From Phoronis australis (Eukaryota; Animalia; Phoronida): 64,000 nucleotides of DNA. This document shows positions 13,515 to 26,300 of the stretch, piece after piece. The translations under genes and the position numbers were made by a program. The DNA lies in NCBI GenBank assembly GCA_002633005.1, contig NMRA01000149.1, forward strand, positions 378,192 through 442,191, given 5' to 3'. The stretch's first letter is position 1; every line of letters starts with the position of its first letter. The notes beneath the pieces are model-generated. The model saw only the letters and a program-made list of their open reading frames with translations, had not been told where the DNA came from and ran no database searches.

Positions 13515-13563
13515 GCCAGGCTTAGTCCCAAGCACCACCAATTCTGCAGTACATCTGGATCAA
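13515..13563 (+). CDS. AFDN: Candidate alternative small exon B
   Basis: cagccag|(K)PGLVPSTTNSAVHLDQ|gtgagc. Phase 2 to 0, restores the frame after exon A. Confidence 0.35.
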
Positions 13564-15662
13564 GTGAGCACGGAACTGCTTCGTACGTCAGCGCCACCTA
13601 AACTCATTTCAGTTCATTACCTGTAACTTCATCGCTTTGGTCTCACTAATCACTCAGTTCGCATTAAACGCTCTTAATTTCCTCGGTAAAAATTTGGAAA
13701 TATTCTCCATTGTACACATTCTTTGTCATTTCATGCTCGACTGAGAATTGAGAGACATGTGATTCAACCATTACAAGTGCATTGGACATATTGCATAAGC
13801 AGGAAGTGAAAGGCAGCTGTTTTAAGAGTCATTTTTGGTTTTCCTTGATAAATTTTCAATTAAATTACTCTGGGTTTCAACTAATTATGCACGCATCAAT
13901 CCAGGTGTCACATTCAGGGCCCAAGTCATTCCCTGCTGTCTTTGTTTACACGCACTTCAGACAGTGTTTGTAATTGGATGCATTTCCCGTTGTAACAAGT
14001 TAAACCATTATGTTCCTTTCTGACGGAGTTTTATTTAGTATGGCTGTAAAGTGTTGCATTGTGGGACTCGAGCTTCGTGTGCTTTTGAAGAGTATGAGAG
14101 TTCCACTTCACTGACCTCTAGTGGATGACAAGATCCGTTGGAGTAGGCTTGTTGGTGCCAAGAGTGCAGTGTTGCTTGTTAAAGTCACAGCTAAAGTGGT
14201 GCATAACTCGTGTGTGCAGCGAACATTTCCTAGGTTACAATAGGGATATGGATGCAGAATCCATAAAGGTTCCTGCTAATAGGGCTCTGAAGAAGGATGT
14301 CGTAGGGTCCATACTTGCCTGCTCTGCTTCGTTGCTACCTGTTAGGAGTGGTTTTTGAATTACGAAGTGTTGCGAGCTGCAGCCTCTGTAGTGACTCAAG
14401 GCAATGAAGTGGGTGTCACCCGTCCTTATTAACTGTCACTGAACCTTCCAGAGTCACCAAACAGCTTTGTCGTGAAATTATGTTGTTCGCGTTTTTGTGT
14501 TCACTGGCTCCAGCCATTTCCTGTTCACTGCAGGTTAAAGAGTGACTTTATCCCATTCAACTGAGTTCCAGTCTCTTCAAAGACAATTATCCGGTACGCC
14601 AATTGTTGGCAAACAGTATACAATCACCAGACGTCCACACTGAATCATTGCACTAGCAAAGATGGTGGAGAGTGATTCGGGCCATGAACGTCACTATTGG
14701 AATGAAACATGCCTAATTAATTAGATCCAAAGAGAATTTAATTAACATGAAAATTTATCTAAGGTAACCAGAAAATTGTAATTTAACTAAAATTGACACT
14801 AACACGGTTGCCTTCCCTTGAAGCTATAATGATGAAAATATATGACCATTCAGAGGCAAAAAGATAATTACTTCGAGGTTTGTACTTCAAGACTTTTATC
14901 ACTTTACTAAAGCTGCTGCCGTGTAATTTTGAAGCTCCTTTTTTACCTTCATTTGTAGACGAAAACGAAGCACGAGTTTCTGCAGTTTGATACTAGTATG
15001 GCATTTTGTCAGGTTTGTTTTTAACAAACTCTTCAGCTCAACATAATTGTGGCTTGTGCAAATCTAATCTTTCATACTTCTGTTGATTGTGTCCACTAGA
15101 GGTTCACTGTTTTGGGTTAGGGGTGTCAAATAGAGTTCTAATTTACTCACCCATTGTTCATGTAACAAAACAGTTACTACCCATTAAGAATTTTAGAATT
15201 AACATTGTTTGCCTTGAGCTGGTAATATCTGGGATAGTCATACTCTAGTACTTTGTGAGTAATATTGACTGACTGCACTTGATTTATTAGACTGTTCCAG
15301 CAACATTGATTTTTCACCTATCATGTAGAGATGGTTCATTGTTGATGTTGACATTTCCACACCTTAATTATGTGTAACTTGTCCTACACACTGGACTGTA
15401 TAGCAGTGCTGCTCATTAGCTTGAGTACATGAAACAGCTCTTGTGTGATGGCTTGTCAGAAAAACACATCTTTCTAGTTCTTGCATACAGTCTGTAATTT
15501 TCAACTGATTCCAAATGTTTGTTCATGGCTTGGCGAGCCTGTGGTTGTCGATGTTTGCAAGAAATTCTGTTGTCTTGGACAAGTAGTGTAGTTATTATTA
15601 CTGTCACAGGTTATGATGGTGGAATAAGTTTATTGGCTCGGTGAGCAGAGCGTCAAAGGTTT

Positions 15663-15880
15663 ATTACTTGGTGGGAAAGAAATTTCTTCATGTATGTTGC
15701 TTTGTCATAAATTTGTTTTTCTTTGTTTGTTTCTTGTTTGCACGCTACAGATCGCAATTCTTATTGGATTATTATGAAATTTAGACACAAGATGTGTATA
15801 ATGAATGGCTTGAAGCCTATTGTTTTTTATTGAAATCCAGTTCAAGATGGCGCTGTGGTGGCCCTTTTATCCTTTTTTCA
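15663..15880 (-). mobile_element. Diverged fragment of the Helentron/HINE-like family at 41.3-42.6 kb, opposite orientation
   Basis: Aligns by eye to the reverse complement of ~42380-42583 (attacttgg..., gcacg.tacag.tcgcaatt, gaagcctattgttttt, atggcg.ctgtgg.ggcc). Confidence 0.75.
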
Positions 15881-16605
15881 TTTGTGGAGCCATAGCTCCG
15901 TTGTTTCTGGTCGGATTTTTCTGATTTTGTGCCAATCTTTGACGCCCCTTGATGGATCTGAAATTTGGGGAAAATCCCCTCATTAAATTACTGGCCAATC
16001 ATAGCTTCAGATAGTTCATGACACGTAACACAGAAATTGAAAATGGTAAATAAGTTCATAATCTCTGCAACATGCAAAATAGCCTTGACTGCCTAAATCG
16101 ACCGTTGCCCTTTTCACAGATATTTTTAAAACTTTTTCTCTCGGTATTTTGATTTTGCTTTAAACAACAGATTTATTCTATCAACAATAATTTGCCAAGA
16201 AAAAAGAATCCAAAATGTGCAAAAATTTCATTTAAAACTGCTGATGTCCACTGTCTGCGTGTGGTCTGTATTAGAGTAGAAGAGCAAGTGTTACCCTGAA
16301 GTGATTCACCTGTTGGAGGTTTTGGGAGCTAAATATTTTTGGCAACCTCAGACACTGCCAGTTCAGAACAGAATTCCAGTTCAGAGACGGTATCAAATAG
16401 TTGTTTCATGTCATGACTGAGTTGGAGGGATAACATCCCCCCCACACACTTTGGGTGTGCTTAAGGGATGGTAACCATGGCAACAGCAAACGAAAAGAGG
16501 AAATGGCACTAGCGTTGCTAGAAGATGGTTGCAACTCCCACATCCTGACCTGGTGCAAGAAAGCCATGCTTAATTAGTTAAATTTATATCTCATTTTAAT
16601 GTGAT

Positions 16606-16773
16606 TAACTGGATGGTGACATGATGAGATGTTTAACTGGATGGTGACATGATGAGATGTTTAACTGGATGGTGACATGATGAGATGTTTAACTGGATGG
16701 TGACATGATGAGATGTTTAACTGGATGGTGACATGATGAGATGTTTAACTGGATGGTGACATGATGAGATGTT
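16606..16773. repeat. 28-bp minisatellite x6 (TAACTGGATGGTGACATGATGAGATGTT)
   Basis: Six identical tandem copies. Confidence 0.95.
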
Positions 16774-17263
16774 AGTGTGATTAATGTGGAATGAATGTAG
16801 CCTCTCTGGTTGTATATGACAGCTTGAGCTCAGCATATAGGAATATTTTTTATATTTCTTGACCAATAGATGAACAGTGAATAGTTGCCTATGTACTCCT
16901 TAAAGGACACACTGTTAAGTTGGAATCCATTCATTAATTGTTTATTTTTTTAAATGTGCAAAGCCTTGTGTTTGTGGGGATTTTTGTGTTGCTTTTTGAA
17001 GTGCTTATCTCAACTTATTAATCAGCCTGTATGAAGGGTAAATACTTGGAGTGTTCTCTGGTCCCGATGTCATTTTAGCTCAAGGAGTTTAATGAGTATG
17101 ACAAGTGGTAGTCAGGAGTTGACATATTGATCCGCCATGCAATATTGTGTTGAGCCGCAGAAGTGGTGAGTGGCTGAACGCAACACTAGTCTACCTGTGG
17201 CGGTACTGATTGGACTGTTGAACGGTCAGCTGGCACGGATATTATACGGGTTTGTTGTTCTTG

Positions 17264-17398
17264 ATGGGAATGGGTGTGCCTTCCAAGCTTCACATGCGTC
17301 GCCATCGCAAGGCCAATGGGGAGGGTCGCCAGCGCAAGACTCGCGTCACATTTTCTAGTACAATTCAGCGTTTTCCAGTAGACTATGTTATGCAATGT
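17264..17398 (+). CDS. AFDN: Candidate alternative first coding exon with RVxF (PP1-docking) motif
   Basis: ATG at 17264 with an in-frame TGA upstream at 17219. Encodes MGMGVPSKLHMRRHRKANGEGRQRKTRVTFSSTIQRFPVDYVMQC, then a GTAAGA donor in phase 0 matching the PDZ exon at 18999. GC/CpG-richer than the flanking intron. Confidence 0.6.
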
Positions 17399-18998
17399 GT
17401 AAGAATCCTAGGAGGAATGTTGTGATGTCATTCCTGGGGAAATGTATTTCTGTTCAGAATGCTTTATTGTTTATTATTTTTCAGGTACTCTTTCTGGCAG
17501 ACATTGTTGTCATTGTTTAAAAGTGTTTGTCACTGTACTGCTGGTGTGTTCTGTTCCTTTCGTCTCGCATGTTTATGTAGCGATAAATGTAGGGGTAAAC
17601 TTTTGTCAAGAGTGTCGCGAAATTCACTGACTTGACTGACTTGATACTTCTTATTGGGTTATGGTTTTCAAAAACTTCCTATATTGGTGCAAATTCTCGA
17701 AATTTATCAAATAATGTTAGTAGTAACTGTATCGTACACCTTGCTGGCATCAAAGAAAATTTTCTCTGTGATTTTTTTATGTTGAGGATTTTGGTGTATT
17801 GTGTTCCAAAACTGAAGAATTTTACCTTTGGACCACTTCAGTTTATTGATTTTATTGGGAAATTTAATTAATTTCACTGTGTTTGTTAATTGACTTGAAC
17901 TAGCTCCGCTTTCACTGTATTTCATAGCTGCAATGGCAAAAATGGTAAATTGCACCAGGAAGCCATCAATTTGTCTCAAGGTTTAGCTCTGCTGAAACTA
18001 ATGGGCAGTGGTTGATTCTGTGATAGCAAATATGCTGAGCCTGTGTTATTAATAGCGACAGAACCTGTGAGGTCACAATAGAGAGAGGACCCTTCCCCGC
18101 CCGAGGGGAAAGGTGCTCGTACCTTCTAAAAGAGAATGTTGTGGTTGAGAGGAAAGTTCCCCCTTGCATCTGTATCGTATGACAATCTTCATCAAACTCT
18201 TATAGTTAATAGATGTGTTGCCACTAAGGTGATATTGACTGTAGATTTCATTTTTCTGTGTAATGTATGTTTTTTCTCCAGTGGCTTTGTTGTCCGTAAA
18301 CTGTTGGCTCCTTCCCAAATCTCCACGAGCTTAAACCTGTATTTGTTTACGTGTATCATAATTGAAGTGTATCACTACTCAGCTTTTAATATTGCAATTG
18401 ACCTTTAAAGGTGAATATTTGTTTCTGCACAAACTAGAAGAGAGATTATTGTATCATTACGTTAATGTGTCCATTACCTTGAAGAACTTGCGGGGCATGT
18501 ATCAATTGAACCATTGGGCTGGCCAGCCCTTTCAAAATATGACGGCTTCAGCTCACACGCTCCCTGTCAATTCTGACTGGTTGTTTGGTCGCCATGTTGA
18601 GGAATGTTCAAAACGTATTTCTGGATTTCACGTCTTTAACTGTGAGTGGAAGGGAAGTTCCATTTCAAGAGTTCATAAGCATAATCTCCCCCACCACCGT
18701 TTTCCCAGAGTTGAACATTCCTGTTGCTAAGTGTCCTCCTACACATCATGTATGTATTGTATAATATGCCTTATGCTTTACAGTTACACATGTTTTTGTT
18801 CACACAATGCCGTCATGCTCATGCCGTCTCAAACTGGTTGTCTATTTCACAAATGCTTACATGATTCGTTGCGTGTATTTGTGTCTGCATTTTGTGATAG
18901 TAATAATTATGTATTGCTCAGAGCTGACGAATTGTGCAGTTTCTTGAAGGAACATCCGTTTCCCACTGTTTTCAGATCGTCTTGCTGTTTCTTTTCAG

Positions 18999-19145
18999 GG
19001 CTCACACACCAGTATACCACTAGATCGTACTGGTGGTCCACCCAGCGATGCTCCACCCCCGGGCCTTCCCGCAGAGCCTGAAGTGATGACAGTCAGTTTC
19101 AGTAAAGTGCAAGGCAGTATGGGATTGAGCATCGTGGCTGCCAAG
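18999..19145 (+). CDS. AFDN: Afadin exon, PDZ strands bA-bB
   Basis: tttcag|GSHTSIPLDR...EPEVMTVSFSKVQGSMGLSIVAAK|gtaagt. Confidence 0.95.
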
Positions 19146-19172
19146 GTAAGTCAACACAGTTGGACCAGCAGT

Positions 19173-19661
19173 TAGAGACCATGGTTTTCCGTGATAACGA
19201 AAAACAGGCAGAATTCATGGAATCTCATTTCTTTTGCGGATTTATAGATTTCAAAGGTAATTTACATAATTTAGTAGCAGATACTGTAATTACAAAATTT
19301 TTGGTTTATTATCAAAAATTTATGAATATAATCCATCAAAATTCAACGATTCTGGCCACAAATTGATCGACAATCGTTTTGCAGAGGATATGTTTGAGTA
19401 GTTGTTCAATCTCTATGAAGGTGGCGCTGTTCTGTTTCCGGTTTTGAGAAACATTACACGTCGTGCAGCAAATTATTGTTGGAACAGATCTGCAGCACAA
19501 TTTAGGGGAAAAGTAAGATAATTCCCAGGTCTTTTCATGCTATTTATCACTGTAATATGGTAAAACAGAATTTTGACAATTAATAAAGTGGAAAAAATCT
19601 GATTTTTTTGTTTGCTTAGACGGTTTTCTCTGTTTCTGAAAATGGAAAACCATGGTCTCTA
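19173..19661. mobile_element. MITE with ~20-bp TIRs (TAGAGACCATGGTTTTCC), possibly hAT-derived
   Basis: tagagaccatggttttccgt at 19173 and atggaaaaccatggtctcta ending at 19661. Flanks gaccagcagt / caacagcagt form only a degenerate TSD. Confidence 0.75.
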
Positions 19662-22459
19662 CAACAGCAGTGATGAGACATACGAGCAGTGCAATATATA
19701 TCGTAGGCAGCGTTAGCAAAAATATCTGTTCAGATTGATTTGAGCAGCTACAGCCCTGTCTAATATCAGTGGCTATAGCTTCTGAAAATTCAAGAGTTCT
19801 ATTTTTCATATCGTTTCTCGTTCCAAAATTGTATTTCATGTTTTAAGGACCTAAATACTGTGCAGATTTACGGTTGTTAATGCCATTTCTGCGAGTGTAA
19901 AGTAACCCTGAAGTTTTTATGTCATGTGGAAATCTGTTTAATATTCTCATTGAGTACTAGCACACGTTAGAAAAGATTTTATTTCAAGTTATATTGAGTG
20001 CAGATTGGGCGAGTCGTAAATGGTCAACATTAAGCAAGGTAAAAAAATGAAGCCACCAAAATAACATCTGTGAACTCCATTCCAACTGCAGTGTAACCAT
20101 AGAAATAGGAGAGTTAACTTTTTCATGACTGGTTTGTTGTCGTGAAAGTTAGTTTAGGTATTCTGCAAGTAAGTAATTGGATGTCTACTAATTAAACTGA
20201 AAGCAAAGTACATGGTTTGATTGTCCTGCAGGGAGTTGCGTATGATTGATTATAGTTTTTGTTGGCGAGCAATTTGTGGGGTGCTGTCATCTCCCAGGTG
20301 TCGTCTCCTGTCAGTCTAGTGTTACTAAAGTGTCTTGCTTATTTGCTTATTTTGACAACTGCAACTATCAATTCATCAGGAGCATTGCTGATTATTCCTG
20401 TGTAATATATTAGTGTACAACAGTACACAGTTTTAAACTAGGAACACACATCATTCATGAAGCTTAACAACAGAGACCTCATTGAGTGAGTGAGTGAGTT
20501 GAGTCTTTACGATTACTGAACAATCTAAATTCAACTCAGTTTTGAGTGGAAAATACCACCTTAACAGTATCATTGGAAACACGGGTTGGTTTGTTAGTTC
20601 ATTGAATATACATCAAAAGTAATAAAATTGCATTGAAGGGTATAACACACCCTTAGAAATCGCTTCACATTACGTCCATGTTTTCATTATTCCTTTTCAT
20701 ACATCCACTTCCAGTGCGGAGGTCACAGAAGCGGCAGTTACGCTAGAAGTGTGTAGCACCATTTTTAATGCTGCTTGTTTCATTCATTAAAAAGTAAAAG
20801 ACTGTTTCATGACCAGATCACATTTTATGTACAAAAATAATAATTTTTGTTGTGTTGAGTTTTAAGAAGTTCTACTGTCGTGAAGATATGGACATTTATG
20901 GCACCTGGTGTAGCGATTGTACATTTAACTTTTGTGTTAGAATAACTGTCAACCACCTTTCAAAAGAAAACTAATTTAATTAAATGGAAACAAGTGAGTT
21001 AGTGAAAGGGAAAACTGTCTCCTAACATTTATTCATTATACTGTAATGTAGTGTTGGTACAAGACAGGGTTTTTGCGTCATCTGATGACATTGCGTACGC
21101 TTCCTTGGATGACGTTTGGGTAAAACGTACAAAATGAAAGGGAAAGGAACAAAAGCAATCACTTTAATTTCTGGGATATGTTCCAGTGTTTTCCATTGAT
21201 AAAAGTACTTTCTGATTTGCATCATTTTTGTCTGGTGTTCTATTTTGGTGTATTGATTTCTGTACCTTTTTCACTAGCATTGGGCCCCAAAAAAATTTTA
21301 TGCAAAATTTTTTATAAATGGGTTTACAGAAAACCAGTTTTAGTAAGTGTAGGAGAAGCACGTGTAGTATACACACTGAAGTAATATTTTGAAATCTAAT
21401 TATGTGACATATACACAACCAAGTGTGATATGAAACTGTTGTACATTGTGCACTGAGCTGCTATGGCTAGAAAGGCTTGGGAAAAGTTGGTGTCAGTTTT
21501 AGTGACTCCTTCACTGAATGTGTATGCAAATAAGTCACCCGACCTGTGACCACCAACTGGTTTCACCCTTCTGTGCTGAGAAACATTAAGCATAGTACGT
21601 GCGTCAGTAATGTTAAGTAGTGAGAAAATAACCACAATATAGAAAGTGAGTTAAAAGCTGGCTGTTGGCGTGTTAGCTTGCAATTTATCTGAGTCTTCAC
21701 AGATTACACATGACACAGTAACTTCAGTTTGATGAACTGTTGATATTTTTACTTACTGCTGCGTTATATTGCACCTTGTTGCTCAGTCATATCATTGTTA
21801 AGCTTTGTGAAATTATGTGATTTTAGAATACTCCAGTGCTTGGCTGGGATTACATCAAGCTTGATGCTCTATACACCCTATTCACTCTCTCCATTTTAAA
21901 AGTGAGCCTCTTTTTAGGTTTTAACAACAAAGCATTTTGCGCTTAAATACAATGCTAAGCGCAATTTATTTTGCATACCTCGTTATATTCATGTCTCAAA
22001 TGTATTGTTTTTTAAACCTAATAAGAGGCTCACTTCTAACATGGCGATTGTGTGAATCAAGCTTATTCACTAGATACTTAATGTTAAAGGTGTTTTTTTC
22101 AATAAGTGCACCGTATTTGTTGTTATTCAGCATATATTTTAATTAAAATGTGCAACCTTTACGCTGATTAAGCACAACTTAGGGCCTGTGATCGCCAAAG
22201 TTTGCTCCATACCCAAGTTGAAAATGAACCAGTCACATTGCATGAAAGTGTTAAAGTTCACTTGAAGCAGTTGTTCAATTTTGGAGTCAAGTCTGGAGTA
22301 AAGATTGTTGGTCAGAAGCCTTGATACACTGTAGGTAGTGACACAAGTTGTGTAATCACGTGCTGGTGTCCAGTGAGTAACTTATGTGCAATACAGGCCT
22401 GGCATCTTCTCTGTTTAAAATATGTATTACCTACCACGTCTCTTACTTGTTCTACTGTA

Positions 22460-22487
22460 TGTGTGCGCGTGTGTGTGTGTGTGTGTG
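22460..22487. repeat. (GT)n microsatellite
   Basis: gtgtgcgcgtgtgtgtgtgtgtgtgtg. Confidence 0.9.
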
Positions 22488-23266
22488 AGGGAGTGTGTGA
22501 ATTCAGTTCATCGAGTCCATACTTCTTCATCATCAACCTACAGAATCCTCTGTACTACTGTTTGCAGATACTGGTGGATAGTTTGCAATCCTGTCACAAG
22601 GTGTCACTAGTTGATTATAAGCCTTGAAGGTTTTGGCAATATCAAATAGCCAGAGTTATTCCTTGATTTTATCTGGTGTTTGCAATGATTTCCTTGTTTT
22701 GATAAGCAAGGGTTTCTTTTTCGCTGATTAAATGCTAGCTATTTCAGGTAATGTTTCTGATATAAGTGCCATAGAGACTTTAGTTAATGGTTTATTTCAT
22801 GTTTGAGTTCACTTTCACCATGGCAACTGATTGATTGAAGTAAATTTGTTTTTACTATCGTTGCTGTCAGTTGTTGCAGAAACTGTTTTCCTCTGGCATT
22901 ATGGTTAGATCACTCATGCACAATGCCTTTAATGTTATAGGAGGATATTGTAAGTCCCAGCTGTTTGATTGTTCCTTGATCAGAAGCTTTTCACTTAAAT
23001 TGGTCCTAATTAATAGATAAACAATTCATATTTCACCCAGAGATACTGTAAGTTAAAGATGCTAAATGAATTGATTTCTAAGGGCCTGTTTTCTATGGAG
23101 TACAGTACTAATGAGTAATTATCTGAAGTGCTTAATGGAGCTCTGCTGCTTATGTGGTTCACATGTATTGTTAGGATAGACATCCTATCTGCTGCCTGGT
23201 ACAAATTCACACCTGCAAGCCTAATTCTGAAGCAAGCACTGCGTTTGAGACTCGACTGTTTAAAAA

Positions 23267-23336
23267 TTGGCCAATCACTTGGCACACGTCACGTGACATG
23301 ATTGGTCAATCACTTAGCACACGTCACGTGACATGA
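23267..23336. promoter_or_regulatory. 35-bp direct repeat x2, each with a CCAAT-like box and the palindrome GTCACGTGAC (E-box/CLEAR)
   Basis: ttggccaatcacttggcacacGTCACGTGACatga / ttggtcaatcacttagcacacGTCACGTGACatga. Function is inferred only. Confidence 0.4.
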
Positions 23337-26300
23337 TAGGTTAAATTTGGAGTCACTTCTCCAGAAATGGTTGCTCATGGTAGGACCTTAATCGGACACT
23401 AGATGTCTTCTGTAACTCAGTCCTATGTGCTGCTTGTTGAATACCCATCATCAAATAAATAATAAATGTGGCCATTACCCCCCCCGCTAAGGTACCAGAC
23501 GATGAAGTTCATTCGTACTCTCAAACGTATAATGAGTACTGGGTTAACTGAAAATTGTTCTCCTGTCGTACGAATGTTTATCAAAATGATCAGTGTCATT
23601 CTTCATGCTATCTTTTATTTATTTACGTGTGTCTATTGAGAGCACGTCGGTTATGCTGCAGTAACAAAGAACACGTTTCATATGATCGTATATCATTGCC
23701 GCGACCTTTACCGATAACTTCGGCAATGTTTCGCTCTGACCTTTCCCACTACGTCGAAGTTTCGGTGAGTACCAAAGCTTTGCTTTTAAATCCTACTAGT
23801 TTCAGAGAAGTTTCGCTTGCAGGTTAACTACCGAAGTTAACCTTTCCCACTTACCGAAACTTCGGTAAAAGCGACTTTAGCTAGAGGAAAGCATGTATTG
23901 TTGTCACTTATGGTTTCATTCATGCTCTATGATTAAATGTTAACAAACATTATGTATGGGAGGAGTTCAATGGCGTGATCTGACATTAGCATTTGGTGTA
24001 GGAATGTTGAGGGCATTGAATCTAATTCTAGACTGTCTCGTCATCAGTGAAGAATTTTACCAATTCACGAAATGTCAGTTAGAATTCAAATTGTTGCTCA
24101 TGACAACTGACACTGTTTAAAGCTGTATATTATCAAATCCAATCATTGTTCCTTTGCATACATGACATTTGTGATTAGTTTATGTTATCAATCTATAGAA
24201 AATGAAAGTATGAAAATTGTTAGTGCTGCTTGTTGATATCTCTCTCTTCAGTTTGTACAATCATGAGATCCGTTGGAATTGTAGAGAAGATGTCATTATC
24301 ATCTTGGTTAGATTTATCCAGGTGGTTTGGATTAATTACTTATCACAAAATCTTACCAGTTTTGGACAAAAATAATTGACAAATTGATCTTTTCTATTTT
24401 CTCAAGGCTTATTAAATTGTGAATGTCCATAACTACTTGTCTGATGACTTACTCTTGCTGTTGTTCCCACAATCAATGGTATAAGGACAAAGTGGTGAAG
24501 TGTTTCTCATACTTGCCACCAGGGGTCACCAGTAACATTCCTTCATTGTGTTTGTTTATGGTTCAGTTTATTTGTCCAACAGTCTGCTCATATCTCACAG
24601 GGTTCATTCAAAGACATTGTGTCTTTGTCTGTACACATGACACCATCTCCCCCAATTCAGTGTTTACTGAGCCAAACAATGTGGTTTGGTTTACAACTGT
24701 TAAACCCTGGCTTCCGGAAATTTCAAAAAGATTCCAGTCTGAGTCACAAGTGGAATGCACTCTGTCTAGTGATTCACCACATTGTGTATTATGGTTTTTT
24801 AATGGGTCATGCTATACACACTTGACACTGGTTGGATAAATGCATTAGGATTATAATTAAATTTCATTTGCCAACCAACGTGGTCACTCACCGCTTTGGA
24901 TCATTTGAATAACTGATTAACTGTTTAGTGAATTCAATCAGAGTTTACCTTTAACTAGTTTCCGTTTCCACTGGAGGGATATCTGTGAAAGACTTTGGAG
25001 TCTGTGGACAAGTGTTGATTTTCTCGAGATTCGTGGTAGATTTAATGTTGTAACATTAGGTTTTGTGGACAACTTCATTTTCATTGTTTGGGATTGAATT
25101 CCCAGAGCACACGCAAGTTGTATCTTGTGTCTGGATTATAATCGCAACGGTGTCCGTGTTGGAGTTAGCCATACAAGGAAGGGGTGAATCAGCATGTCAG
25201 CAACATTGCCACGGAGTAGGAAACAACTGGTATTCAAGCCTAAATATGAGGCCCCAAACTACTACAATAGCCCCGGATCGTATACGTTGAAACCAGCATA
25301 TAAAAAATCAGTAGGTATATTTTGTATATGATAGGTTTATCATCAGTGGTTGTGGTGAAGGTTCAACTTAAATGGGCCCTACTTGATCTTGCAAGATTGA
25401 CAACAGATCATACGCCCATTGGACTAATCTAGTGATCCTACTGGCCCTCGAAAATGACAGAAATTTTATAATGTAATGATTGAGACGGAAAGAAATTTGG
25501 TTTCTAGGAAATTACTCGCACTACTGACTAATGGTGCTGTGGAAACTTCCTATATTCTTGCTAAATATCTTAACCCATCATTCCTGAGTACAAAATTTAG
25601 AAATCAAATTGTTAGTGTGTGGTTGAATGGTGCAACCCGGGGGAAGGGGGTGTCACTCATCGACAAGGTGACCTGCTCAGTTAAACAAAAAATTGTGGTT
25701 AGGTTAGGTAATATTTTTTCATTGAGTTTTGCTTGACCCGTGCAGAGTCCCCCATTAATTTCCATTTTCCCCTGCAAAGTCACATTGGAGTGGCCAGAGC
25801 TTTCTACCTACCTGCAATGGGTATTGCTATTGGTTCTCATTGTGTGAAGTCTAATAATTAGTCCGAAAACAATCTTAAACATTCGGGAAATCACAAAATT
25901 GAACCTTGGTTCAATTGCTGCGAAATCTGCACAGGAATGGTCGAATTGAATCAAGTTCCTGAAGCGCGGCGCGCTCTTATGACTTGAGTTGTATATTGTG
26001 TTGTTGATGTAAAACACCTGTTCTGTACAATGCTGAGATTAAAGATAGCAAACCAAGCAAAATGGGATGGATCGGAGATGAATCGACCAATTGGGGTGGG
26101 GCAGGAAAATTCACCTGCAAAACGTGACACCAGCAGGAGGTAATCTCTCAACATTCTTGGGTATGCAGATGCTATACTTATGTCTGCTAGTAAGTAGTGT
26201 CCCCCCTTACAGGGGGGAGGTGCGGTAGATGTATTGCTATGCTGCAGTTTCCAAGCTTGAAATCAACAGGTTCTAGAAGAAGAGTTGTTGTTTCATTTGA

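Noticed and set aside
14125-14358. 77-aa ORF in the Dilute-PDZ intron
   Set aside because: No convincing splice sites or recognisable motif.
20484-20540. GAGT-repeat resembling a SINE tail
   Set aside because: Too short and degenerate to assign a family or organism.
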